Assembly (NCBI GenBank): GCA_977017575.1
Contig: CDRNVI010000182.1
Coordinates: 121,269-185,268 of the forward strand
Length of the DNA stretch: 64,000 nucleotides
Direction: 5' to 3'
Source: Paramoeba atlantica
Taxonomy: Eukaryota > Protista > Discosea
Shown here: positions 12,057-23,526 of the stretch, in pieces
Position numbering within the stretch: position 1 is the first letter of the stretch
Layout: every line of letters starts with the position of its first letter
Made by a program: the position numbers and the translations under genes
Notes under the pieces: generated by a model
Database searches by the model: none
What the model saw: only the letters and a program-made list of their open reading frames with translations
Told to the model about the DNA's origin: nothing

Positions 12057-12445
12057 AAGAATTTTTTTTAAAGTGGACGCTTATTTTCCAGGGCCCCTTT
12101 GAATGGTCCCTCTCTTTGGTTAGTTTTTCGAAGAATGAAGTTTCGAAATCATTTTTTTTCGAAAAATCAAGTCTTGAAAATTTTTTTTCGAAGAATCAAG
12201 TCTCGAAAACATTTTTTTTCGAAGAATTATGTTTCGAAACCATTTTTTTTCGAAGAATCATGTTTCGAAATCATTTTTTTCCAAGAATCACCTTTCGAAA
12301 CATGATTCTTCGAAAAAAAATGGTTTCGAAACATAATCCTTCGAAAAAAAATGTTTTCGAGACTTCATTCTTCGAAAAACTAACCAAAGAGAGGGATCAT
12401 TCAAAGGGGCCCTGGAAAATAAGTGTCCACTTTTAAAAAATTCTT
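12057..12445. mobile_element. Foldback-type element: ~65-bp outer TIR plus inverted arrays of a ~30-bp repeat
   Basis: Left end AAGAATTTTTTTTAAAGTGGACGCTTATTTTCCAGGGCCCCTTTGAATGG mirrors the right end with few mismatches. Inside are ~5.5 forward and 3 reverse copies of TTTTTTTTCGAAGAATCA(A/T)GTTTCGAAA(T/C)CA. Confidence 0.7.
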
Positions 12446-12729
12446 TCAATTTATTTATGTATTGCCATTATTGGGTTAATGCTTTGTCATTTTTACAACA
12501 GACCCCGAAAAAAACACTCTCCCTCCCCAAAAAACAAAAATGCAAGTGGAACCACGATTTCTTTTGGTTTTCCCTTTTTGCTGGAATTCTGGAGGTTTGC
12601 CTTAAAGAGTCTCAATTGGTTTTGATTTTGTGGTTTTCTTCTTTGTTGATTTCTTCTCATTTTTTTCACTTCTTAAAAAAGAAAAAAGGAAAGGAAAGTA
12701 TGTCATACCCAGTTGAAAGCATCCCAATC

Positions 12730-15700
12730 CCAGTACCAAAAAAACATTCTCTTTTTTCTTTTTGAAGGAGACATCAATGGTCTAATTTGGTTTCTTAGTT
12801 TGAGTAAAATTCATATTCTCTGGGTACAAATTTTCAAATTAGTACCCAGAGAGAATGATAAAATACCAACAAAAATACCAATGAAATGTGAGGCAAACAA
12901 CAAAGAAAAACTAAAAAAACAGCAACTTTTTGCACACTTTTAGTGAACTAAATTTTTATTAGGGGTTATTTCCTCTTTCTTTTTTCTCACTTCATTGTAG
13001 ATTGTGCCAATGCATGTTCCAAAACTTTCATCATAATCAACAGATGCAACTGAACCACCCTGAAGTTAACAAGAAATTCCACCTTCTCCAATCTTTCCAA
13101 CAATTCCATTTGCAGTAAAAGAAACAACCATCTTTTCTTTTGATTTTAGCTCTTGTATGGTGCCCACATCACAAATACTAATTTACTCCTTTCACGTGTG
13201 ATCAGAAGGAGAGATGTATTTTTGATGTGAGTCAATCCATATGCACATTTGTCTCTTGGGAGATGAGTTGTGAATTCAGTCCATTTTCTGTTCGTCCATC
13301 CACCACATCCCCACTTTTCGATAAATCATGATAATTCAGTTCAACATTTTCCATGTCGTTGATCAAGAAGATACACCCCTTTTGACTTCCCAGATTTTGA
13401 CAGACTGAGCAATAGAGAGGATACATTCATCAGAAAATTGAACCACAGAAGCCATAGTAGTAGTTGTATTTATCGATCAATCACACAAGAAGGGATTACT
13501 TTGTTTTGTTTTGGTTTGGTTGTTTTTGATTGTTTTTGATTGGTTTTTGTTTTTTTTGTGTTTTGAGTTTTTGTTTTGAGTTTTTGTGTGTGTGTGTGTG
13601 TTGGGTGAAGAAACCTGTGTTTTTTGGAAAAAGTTGGCTCAGTTCAGTGAAGTGTCTATTGGTGTGTTGGGGCAAAGCTAAATAATAATAATCCAATTGC
13701 ATTGAGGACCGCTCAAAATTGCCGCCTGAGAATCACTCAACTTGATCCTCTTCTTTTTCATCACACACGAATTTGCTCAGAATCCAGAACAACAGGATGC
13801 GCATCCCAAGTTTTACACATATTTGAGACACAGAAAGGAGATTCATCTTGCATTGAGTGTTTCTCATTTTTCGAAGACAACTCTCCACAACCAACCCCTC
13901 ACTTTGAAAAAAAAACCAAACCCGCCCAAACCAAACCCCAATCAATGCTTTCACTGAACAAAAAAAAAGTCAAAAAAAAAAAGGAAAATTTTGTGGGAAT
14001 TGAACCACCCCTCCCCAAAACCACCCTCCTTTTTTTCCAGTCTAAGTTTTGTTTTTTGTGGTGGTGTCTTTTTGGTGATTTTGTTTTTTGTTTGTTTGTG
14101 GGATTGTTCTGTTCAAGCTCAAAGATTTTCAAAGCCTCTGAAGGAACATCCAGGATGTGTATGGAACTTTCGACTGTAGTTCTCAAGTGTTCTATCTCAA
14201 TGATGAGTGTGATGTGTTGTCTTTGTGAAACGTGACCAAGACTTGGAGAAGATGCTTTATTTCTCCTCCCAAAAAAGAGCAAACAAGATGGTGACAGCAG
14301 TGAAGAGTCATCAGGAGATCGAAAATCGAGTGGATGATGATGAAGAGAAAGTGGGTGATGAGAAGAATACTGATGATGTTGATTCAGTTTCTGAGAACTC
14401 CAAGAAAAGCCTCAAAGGAACAACAGAAGAAGAGAGAGAAGAAGATTGAAATGCTCAGGAAGAGTGTGATGAGAAACTGGCAGATCATATTGATGTTCTT
14501 GAGAGTAACACACAACCTCCCCCCCTCCCCTGCACACACCACAAAAGTCTCTATCTTTTTGTTGGTTCTTTTTCTTTTTTTCTTTTTCTTCTTTTCTTTT
14601 TCTCTTTCTCTTTTTCTTTTTTTTCTTTTTCTTTTTCTTTTCTTTTTTCTTTTTTCTTTTTTTTTCTCCTTTTTTTTCTCCTTTTTTTTCTCCCTCTTTT
14701 CTTTTTCTCTTTTTCTTTTTCTTTCTTTTTTCTCCTTTTCCTCTTTCTTTTTTCTTTTTTTTTCTCTTTTCTTTTTCTTTCTTTTCATTTTCTTTTTTTT
14801 TTTTCTTTTTCTGTTAGTTAGGTAACAATTTTTGAGTTTTATGAACAAATTAAAAGTTTTTTTGATTTGTTCAAACAACTCTTTTTCTTCTTATGATACA
14901 ATTCTTGCTGAGAGACTTGAGACCACACATCCAAGGTTCTTTTTTTCCTTGCTTGATCTGCTTTCAATCAGAGGTTTTTCCTTCTCTTCCTCTTGTTTCT
15001 TTCTTATCTTTCTCCTTTTTCTCCCTTTTTTACTTTCCCTTTTTCTTTTTTATCTCTTTTGTTTTCCCCCCTCTTTTCCTCCTTTCTCTTTTTCCTCTTC
15101 CTTCCTTCCCTCCTTTCTTTCCCCTTTGTTTTTTTTAAAATTCATTGACTTTCCTTTTGAATGAAGGGAGCTTCTTTATTTTGTGTTTTGTTGTTCCTGG
15201 AGTATTGTGCATTGTTTGTGGGGGGGGAATTGTTGTTTGTTGTTTTGTTGTTTGTTATTTGTTATTTGTTGGCAGTTGTTTATAGGTGGTTGTTTCTTGG
15301 GTGGATATTTGGGTTATGGTTATTTGGTTTTGTTGAATACCTGTGGTGGAGGGAGGGGTTTTGGTGTTTTGTTGTGATGATGATGTTTTTTTTTGTTTTT
15401 TGTTTTTTTTAATCAAAAAAACTAACTTTTTTTCTTTTCTTTTCTTTTAAAAGGGATAATTGCTTTCCTCTTTGTATAATGTCTCCACTTTGTACTTGGC
15501 TTTTAATAATTTATTTGTGATTAACATTCAAGATCAAGAAAGGCAAAACAAATTGAAAAGATTGTAAAGAGTGTTATAAACAAGTTAAAAAGTTCTTTTG
15601 ATTTGTTCAAACAACCCTTTTCTCTTTGATGTTATAAGAGGATTAAACCTGGTGGACCCTTGAGAATTTCAATTATTTCTTCAATTATTTTATGACTCAC

Positions 15701-17100
15701 CCCAGTTCAATGTTGGGAACCTTTGATTTGGCATTCCTTTGTCTTCTGAGAAAGAAGAGCTTTGAGAGAAATGGGACCTGACTGAAATGGTTAAGCTGTG
15801 AGACTATCAGCTTACTAGGGTTCTTTTTTCTTTTTTCTTTATCATTAGATTTTTTTTTGTTTGTTTCCATTTTATTTCCCTTATTTCCTTTATCTTACTC
15901 TTCTGATCTTTTCTTTTTGCCTCCTTTTTCTCATTTTTTTTGACCAGAGAACTCATCTCTTTTGATCTTTTTTTTTGTTGAAACAATCAACTTATTGGAT
16001 AACCATAAAAAGAACTTTCGTTCTTGAATGGATGAAGAAGTGTTATTTTGGTTCTTTCCCTATCAGTGGTGATCCAAGCAACGCTCAAATGACCTCAAGG
16101 AAGAAAACTTATACTCTTTGGGTATGAATTTTCAAATTAGCACCCAGAGAGTATGAAAATCCTAGGTTCATTTTGGTAACCCTGGTGACTTTGGTTTGTT
16201 ATTTTTCAAATAATGTCTTCTATTTTTGTCTTCTCTTCTTTGGAGGAGGATTGAAAGACTTCTTTTTCGAACCTAGGAGAGTAAGGAGAAGGGCAAGAAC
16301 CATCTATTCACCTGATGGGTTCAATTCCCACATATTGAATTTTTTCATTTTTCTTCATCTTTTTGTTCCAATTTTCTTCAATCCCTTCTGTTTGAGTGTT
16401 TTTTTTTGTCTTGATGATGAGTGTGATAGTGTCTTTGTGAAACATGACCAAGACTTGGGAGATGCAAAAAGGATTGAAAGGAAACAAAAAAAACAAAAAA
16501 AACAAAGGGTAAAAAAAATTGTGAAACCCCAAAATCTTTTTTTTGTGGCTAAAAAAAGAGTGTTGCACCTTCCCCACTCTAGTTTTCTGTTTTTGTTCTT
16601 GCCATCATCTCTTTTCTTTTTTCCTTACTTCTCTTTTTTTCTCCCTTCTTTTCTCCCTTTTTTTTCTTCCCTTTTTTTTCTCTCTTTTTGTTTCTTTTCC
16701 TTTCTCTTTTTCCTTTTCTCTTTTTTTCTCTTCTTTCATAGGTCACTGTGATCATGATTGGGTTAAATATGTTGCTTCAAGTTGTGGTTTCTTTTTCTTT
16801 CTTTTTTTTTTTTTCTTTCTTTTTTTTCTTTCTTTTTTTTTCTTTCTTTTTTTGTTTTCTTTCTTTTTTTCTTTTTTTCTTTTTCCTTTTCCTGTTTTTT
16901 TGTGCTTTCTTTTTCTTATTTCTTCTTTTCTTTGGTGGGTTACTTCTCTTTTTTGTTACCAGAGAGCCAGAGGGTTGATGGAGAATCTGAGAGTTAGGTT
17001 TTTTTTGTTTTCTTGAATGAAATTCAAAAAAAAAAATATCCCCCTCCAAAAGGGAACAAGAGTGAGGGATTGAATAATTACTGATGTGAGTTTTTTGGAC
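12730..17100 (+). pseudogene. Cluster of paralogous fragments of an unidentified multi-exon gene family
   Basis: Recurring coding-like blocks: LWV.IFKL(V/A)PRE (12825, 16120); NDECD..FVK.DQDL (14200, 16415); EFYEQIKS.FDLFKQ (14835, 15575, and on the minus strand at ~6600). They are separated by pyrimidine-rich intron-like tracts. No family recognised. Confidence 0.35.
12987..13455 (-). pseudogene. ADF/cofilin-family actin-depolymerising factor, intronless, several frameshifts
   Basis: Stitched frames give MASVVQFSDEC...KWTEFTTHLPRDKCAYGL...ERSKLVFVMWAP...AKIKEKMVVSF...LQGGSVASVDYDE...VLEHALAQSTMK*. This matches cofilin motifs MASGV.VSDEC, F...LP..DCRYA, RSKLVF..W.P...A.IK.KM. Several indels lie in A-runs, so it may be an intact gene with assembly errors. 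Confidence 0.75.
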
Positions 17101-17668
17101 TGTTTTTTCTTGCTTGTGTTTGTTGGAACTTGTGTGACCTATTCTTTTTTTTCTTCAAAAAAGGTTTTTTTTGTTATGTTTGCTTTTATTATTATTTGGT
17201 TTTCTTTTGTTGGTTGGTTGAGATGTTGTTGGGAGAGTTGTTTAAAAGTTTGGATCCTCAACTTATCTTTGAGAGAGAATTACTGTTTGGGTTATTTTTA
17301 TGGATTGTTGTTTCTTTCTTTATTCTAGGTTTTTTGGTTGTGTCACATATATTATTTAAAACTGTTTGGAATGATTTCACCCTGAAAGTGTTTGTTGGCA
17401 AAGAGTCTGTTGTGAATGTTGCTGTTGTTGTTTTGTTTGATTCTCCCCAATAGTGTACTTTGTTTGGAATATTGTTGTTGTTATTTTGTTATTTTATTAT
17501 TGTTGTTATTTATTGTTGTTATGATTATTTTTTTCTCAGCCTGGCTCACTCTCTTGTCGATATTATTTTTTATTTTTATATCCATTTCCATTTCCTTTTT
17601 CCTTTTTGTTTTTATGTGACATCTTGTTTTTTTTTTGTTGTGAAGCTTTCTTGGATGAAGCAATCCTT

Positions 17669-17876
17669 TGTAGATTTTGTTTTATTTCTGAGGTTTCAAA
17701 GAAGCACAGTTGAGAAACTGGGAAATCAACAAGTGAGAGAGTAGAGAGGAGAGAACACAGTGACAGGATGTTGACAACAATGAACTGCAATCAGTTGAAC
17801 TGAATTCAACAAGGATTCAAATAAAGGTGTTATATATATTTATAATATTCCATATTTGGATATTTAATTATTTACA
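17669..17876 (-). repeat. 3' LTR of gypsy element 1
   Basis: 208 bp, TG...CA ends, directly follows the PPT on the minus strand, aligns with 22890-23105. Confidence 0.85.
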
Positions 17877-20800
17877 CCCCCCCCCTTTGCAAGCAGAGTT
17901 TTGAGCGCAGCTTTGTTAGTTCTGAACAAAATTCAAAGTTCTTACAGGGAAAATCCACCCATTATTGATCAGTCTGCCCACCAATAACCTTTTTGAGGCT
18001 TCTTTGCCTTGAGGTAATCTTTCAACTCTTTTGTACCTCCCAGGTGTTCTTTCTCCCACCACTCATGTCATTTTCTTCCAGTAGGTGGTTGGATTTCCAT
18101 ACAATATTGTTGATAACCATCAAATTCTCTTTCTGAGATAATTCTATATCTCAGACTTCTTCATCCATCTCCTGGTGGGAGTTCTTTCTCCTTTATCAGG
18201 TTTTGTTCCTTTTCAATCTCAACCCTTTCATATTAATTCACTTCCATGAACAGGTTGTGGAAGAATCCATCTTGTTTTGAGATTCCTTAATCAATATATT
18301 TGAGCTGAAACAACCTCAGTTATCATATGGACATCACCTTGTGTCCTTGGATTGAATTTTTGGTTAAATTTCTTCCTTTTTTCATGATTTAGAAGAAGGA
18401 CTCAGTCTCCAACCGATAGAATTTGAGTTCTTTGATGAGCATTATAGTCATCAACTCTTTGTTCCTTGGAATCTCTTCATTTTTCATTTACCAGTTGAAA
18501 GATTTCTAACATCTTATCCCTCACATTAGCCACATATTCATCTGAAGTAACCAATTTTGGGTTTGATGTTCCCAGTGTAACATTGATTGGATATGTTGGT
18601 ATTCGACCAAATTGTAACATGAAAGGTTTTTGTTTTGTTACAGAATGAACTTGGGTATTGTAAGCATATTCCACCAATTGGAAGGAGCAAATCCCACAGT
18701 CCCTTTGATATTTCTGGACATAAAGCCCTCATCATGTTTTTAACAGGTGAATGAATTGTTCCCACTTTGCCATTTCCTTTGTGGTTATAGAGGGAGACCT
18801 TTGCATGGTGTGTTCCCCAGATTTGTGTCAATTCCACAAAGAGTTCTTTCTGGGCCCCTCCATCAGTCACTATTTCCAGTGGCATTGAATGGATTGTAAC
18901 ATATTTCAAGAGGCATTGTGCCATCTCTTTTGTGATGACAGCTTTCAGCAGAAATAATGAAAAGTACCCTGTGAAGGCATCCACAATTGATAAGATATGG
19001 GTATATGTATTATTGAGACAATAATGTCACCTTGTTTCCAATAATTTCTGAATGTCTTTACAAAACTCAGGTATTCTCTAATTAAGATCAAATTTCTCAT
19101 TCTTTGACAAAATTGATCCTTCATATTGCTCCAGTATTGTTCTTGGTCCTTTATGATCCATTGTTTTTCTGAATCATTCTGATTCTCAGATCCAGTGTGG
19201 CCAGCACCAGTATCTGACAGTTTTGCTCCTTCTGGCTCCTTATTTATAAGAGGTTGTATTTCAGGCACTGTATGAACTCTGGTAGGTTCACCTGGTTGTG
19301 TACTTGACCTAAATTCATCCTCACTTCCAGAGTCAAAAATGTCATTACACTCAGTCTTGCTGGGAATTGTCTGAAGCTAACATCACACTGCCCAGCGTCT
19401 TACATGAAGCTGACCCAACAGCTATCCCAGATAGTCATCCTTGAGAGAGTCCCCTGCTCCTTCCTTGAGCAGATTGGCCACCAAGCTGACCCATGCTTTC
19501 TGTGCACTGACCCATTTTAGCCAATAACTCCTTTCCATCTCTGGTGGACTCATCTACCCTATGACAGGTTTTTGAGAGAGAACAGAGCTTCAATATTGCC
19601 ATTTTTTGTTTGTTAAAATGTTGTTTTGTTTTCCACATTTTTAACTCCCAGTCTCTCCAGGACTTCTTAATTGGAGTTTGAGCATCTTCCTCTTGATAGA
19701 ATACATAATGTGCTCAACTGAGTGTATCAGGAATAACCAGTGTTTTCCCAGGTTGGTGTAGAATTTGACTTGCAACTGCTGCTATTTCCAGCAGCCACCC
19801 ACAGATAAGTTTGCTTCTTGTTTGCTTACTGTGGAGTTGCACAGTTTGACTGTTGACTCTGGTGCTCACTAAAAATCACCACATCTCTTCCCATAATGAA
19901 TTCCTTAAACTTGTTAATTGCCCAGTAAGCCTCATAACATTCTTGTTCAGAATTTGTATATTTTTATTGTGTTTTGGCAAAGCCAGACTTGTGAAAGCGA
20001 CTATTTTGTGCTTTTTTGGTATTCCTGACCTTTTTGGTGCTGGTTTATCAAGAGGATCATCAGGGTGTTGTGTCAGTATTGAATCATAACCATTTTTTGA
20101 TGTGTCCACATGAATATAGAATGTTTTTCTGAAATTTGGCATTGGTATTCTTGCAATTGTTTCCTTCATTTCCTGAAATTCATTATCTGCCTCCTTAACC
20201 CATTCAAATAATGGTTGTAGCAGTAATTCTTGAAGGTGGTATGTTTTTTGAGAACAATTGTGGATGAATCTCCTACACCAACTAACCAATCCTAAGAGTG
20301 ATTGTAATTCCTTTTGATTGGTTGGTTGTGGAAAATGTTTTATGGCCTTGACTTTCTTGTCATTAGCCAAAATTCCATCCTTTGTTGCTGTATATCCAAG
20401 TAATGTGAAAGATCTTTCACCACTTTACTCAGGTTAATTTGCAACTTATTTTCCTTTAATCTATCCAGCACTTTCTCTACTAGTGATTGAATATGTTTCT
20501 CAAAGGTTTTTGAGAAGATAACTATGTCATCAACATAATTAATACAGATATATATCATTGCAAGCCAGCAAGTATTGTATCTATAAAATGTTGCTGTGTT
20601 GCCAGAGCATTTGTTAATCCAAATGGCATTGAATTCCATTCCCACAGCCTGAATTGTGAACAAAAGCCATTTTTCCCTTGTCCTCCTCTTGGATTGGGAT
20701 TGACTAAAATGCTGCAGTCATATCCAATGTTGAAAAGAATGAGGATTCACCCAGGTATGACAACACATCATTAATTTTTTTGGTATTGGATAACTCCATT

Positions 20801-22889
20801 TCTTAGTCCTTTCATTTAATTCTCTGTAATCCACACAGAATCAGACTTTTTCATTTGCTTTTTTGCCACTCACATGGTGAATTTGATGATTGGATGACTC
20901 TTCTCTTGGCCATCTCTTGGATTTGATTCTCTTCAATTGTCCTTTTGACTGTCTCCTTTATATAATAAGCTCATCTAAAAGGCTCTTGAGTTTCATCTTT
21001 AAGTTCAATTTTGAACTCTGTTGCATCTGTATGCATGATTGGAGCATTGCTAAGTATGTCCCACATTTCTTTGTATTTTTCAAAGAGTTTACAGAGTTGA
21101 ATCATTTGATCAAGATTGAGATCACTAAGAGTGAGGTCAGTTTTCTTTGTGAACTCCTCATATTCCTCTGGAATCATCTTTTCATCTTCTTCCAGATTTT
21201 TCTGACCATCTCTCAACAGAATATTTGCTAAAGAACATTGATGCTGTTTCTTCTGAGAATCCCCAACCTCCTTGATTGCACATGTGTTTTGCCATTCCAT
21301 GGCAGTCCTCTTGAGGCTGTAGTTCTGGAGTGACCAATTTATCTTTATACATTCTTTCATCTGACTTCTTTTGGTGAAGTTTTACTGGTCTTTTATCAAG
21401 AGGTTTTGCAATGGTTTGTTCTGCATCCTTTTCTGTAACATTAATGTGTTTTACAACATGTAGACCCTTTTTCAAGTGAGAATGAGGTATTTCCAACATT
21501 CATAATCTCAATTCAGGTAGTGTAGATATATTGTCTCACATGATCAAATCTCAGTTGTAGAGCTTTTTTTTTCTGTCTGACCTCAACTGTTAAGATTGAT
21601 CTAGGATCCAATCTTGTTTGTGTAGTTATTTTTAATTCTCCAATCTCTCTGGGATTGGGAAGGAGTGAACTTCCTCAGTTGGCATTATTGATGATTTGTC
21701 AGCTAAGGAAATGTAATTTCCTTTGTAATGGTCTCCAAAGTTTGGGAATTGCTTTATTCAGGAATGTTCTTGCCACAACATCTATCCTACAAGCCCTAGA
21801 ATCACAAAGTGCTTGTGTAGTAAATATCATTGACCATGCAAGGTATGTTGAACAGTTTATCATTTATTTGGTATATTTTAGGATTCAAGTCTCTTACTAG
21901 GTTGCCAATATGGATTGTGAAGCCATTTTCACTCATCTTGACCACCATCTTGTTTTGTTGCCAAGTATTTTGAGTAAATTCCTTTTTACTCTTAAAAGAA
22001 TTGACAAACCATTTGCTTTTTCTTTAAGTTCTTCAAGAGTTAATATCCCACATCCAAGGAGTTCACAAGTAAAGTATTTTCCAACTGAAATCCCCACATT
22101 CTCTCTTTCCTGGAACTCTTTTGTTCCAATTAACAAGACTCATATGTTTATATTTCCTTGCTGCAGCATCACCATATCTATCCACAGTGCTCATCCAGGG
22201 ATGAAAGAAAACAGGTTATTGGTTCACTCCTCTTCAATTTTTCTTTGATTCTTTAATACTCATCTGTTCCCCCCCTAACAGACACTTTATTTAGACCTTG
22301 GAAGATTGGATTTTTGAATTCTCACATTGCTTCCTTCACATAGGTTTCCTGAAAGGGAGTTTCTCTTATCTTCAAGAACAGGTGCAGATATTCTGTAGTT
22401 ACCACCTGAAATTCTTGATTAGTAACTTTTTTATCAGGTACTCAAAAAAGATCAAACTTCTGCTGTTCCATAAGGACAACTTTCTCACCAAAGAATCTAT
22501 TAAGGGTACACAACAAATTCAAAGGTAATCCATCCAACTTTTGGCCTAATGAGTTTCAATTGCCCTTGCAAACTTGATTTGTTTTCTGAACTCAAGTATG
22601 TTTGGTCAAATATCTTGTTCAATACTCTTTTTTTAGATGCAAAATTGAGAGGCTTGAACTGGGTTTTGGAAATCCACATCTTTAATTACCAATTTCCAAT
22701 GTTGTTTCTAAGATTTGTAGTTTGGTTCTTTCATCTTTAAAAACTCCTTCTTTATTCACACCAACTCTTCATTTTGCACAACCAGGAAATGAATTGCCTT
22801 CACTAATTGTTCTGCTTGGAGTTTCCTCTAAGCAATTTCTCAAGATCAAATGCTTCTTTTATTGGTTATTCAAATTGAAGCATCACCAA

Positions 22890-23105
22890 GGTAGATTTTG
22901 TTTTACTTCTAAGATTTCAATAGTTTAAAGAAGTATAATTGAAAACTGGGAAAATCAAGAAGTGGAAAAGTGAAGAAAAGAAAATGTAGTAATAAGGATA
23001 TTAATGATAATGAACTTTAATCAATTGAATTGAATTCAACAAGAATTTAAATAAAGGTGTAAAATATATTTATAATATTTCATATTTGAATATTTTTTTA
23101 AACTT
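22890..23105 (-). repeat. 5' LTR of gypsy element 1 (AT-drifted)
   Basis: Aligns with 17669-17876 (gtagattttgtttta...gaattcaacaag...aaataaaggtgt...catattt). The putative PBS lies next to it. The outer end is eroded. Confidence 0.75.
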
Positions 23106-23394
23106 AATCAAAATTTAAAGTTTGAATAAAAAACTCTTTTGTATGATAAAATAATATTTTGAAAAGTTTTTAATTTGAAAAGTAGTAAAAAAGATATTAA
23201 TTTTAGATTTTATTTTGAAGAAAAAATATAAAAGATTAATATAAAAGAAATGATGTTAAAAGAGAAAAAATAAAAAAAAATTTAAACTAATCTCATTAAC
23301 TTTCTTATTTTTTTGTTTTTTTAAAGATGAGTATGATAGTTTAGTTGTTCTTTTCTTCAATTTCTCATTTTTGAAGTCTCAAGTTCAATTCTTT

Positions 23395-23515
23395 TAATTT
23401 TCCAATTTTTCAATTTTCCAATTTTCCAATTTTCCAATTTTCCAATTTTCCAATTTTTTAATTTTTCAATTTTTCAATTTTTCAGTTTTTCAGTTTTTCA
23501 GTTTTTCAATTTTTT
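23395..23515. repeat. 8-bp minisatellite TTTTCCAA/TTTTTCAA/TTTTTCAG
   Basis: About 14 tandem copies that drift in sequence along the array, directly before the satellite. Confidence 0.85.
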
Positions 23516-23526
23516 AGTTTTTTTTA

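Larger units (their letters stand above)
17669..23105 (-). mobile_element. Decayed full-length Ty3/gypsy LTR retrotransposon (PR-RT-RH-IN, possible C-terminal chromodomain)
   Basis: Direct repeats 17669-17876 and ~22890-23105 (TGTAA...CTACA on minus). PPT AAAGGGGGGGG at 17877-17887 and putative PBS TGGTGATGC at ~22880-22888. Protein motifs: LCDSRA (protease, ~21800), FSTLDMTAAF, INYVDDIVIFS (~20530), QSLLGLVSW and FYIHVDTSKNG (RNase H), DAFT..IVTDGG and YAYNTQVHS (integrase). Many stops and frameshifts. Confidence 0.92.

Noticed and set aside
12125-12385. ~30-bp repeats with internal palindromes resembling a CRISPR array
   Set aside because: There are no unique spacers, the repeats are directly tandem and flip orientation mid-array, there are no cas genes, and the context is eukaryotic.
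23395-23515. TTTTCCAA repeats as an interstitial telomere
   Set aside because: The unit drifts along the array and does not match a G-rich telomeric motif I can support.
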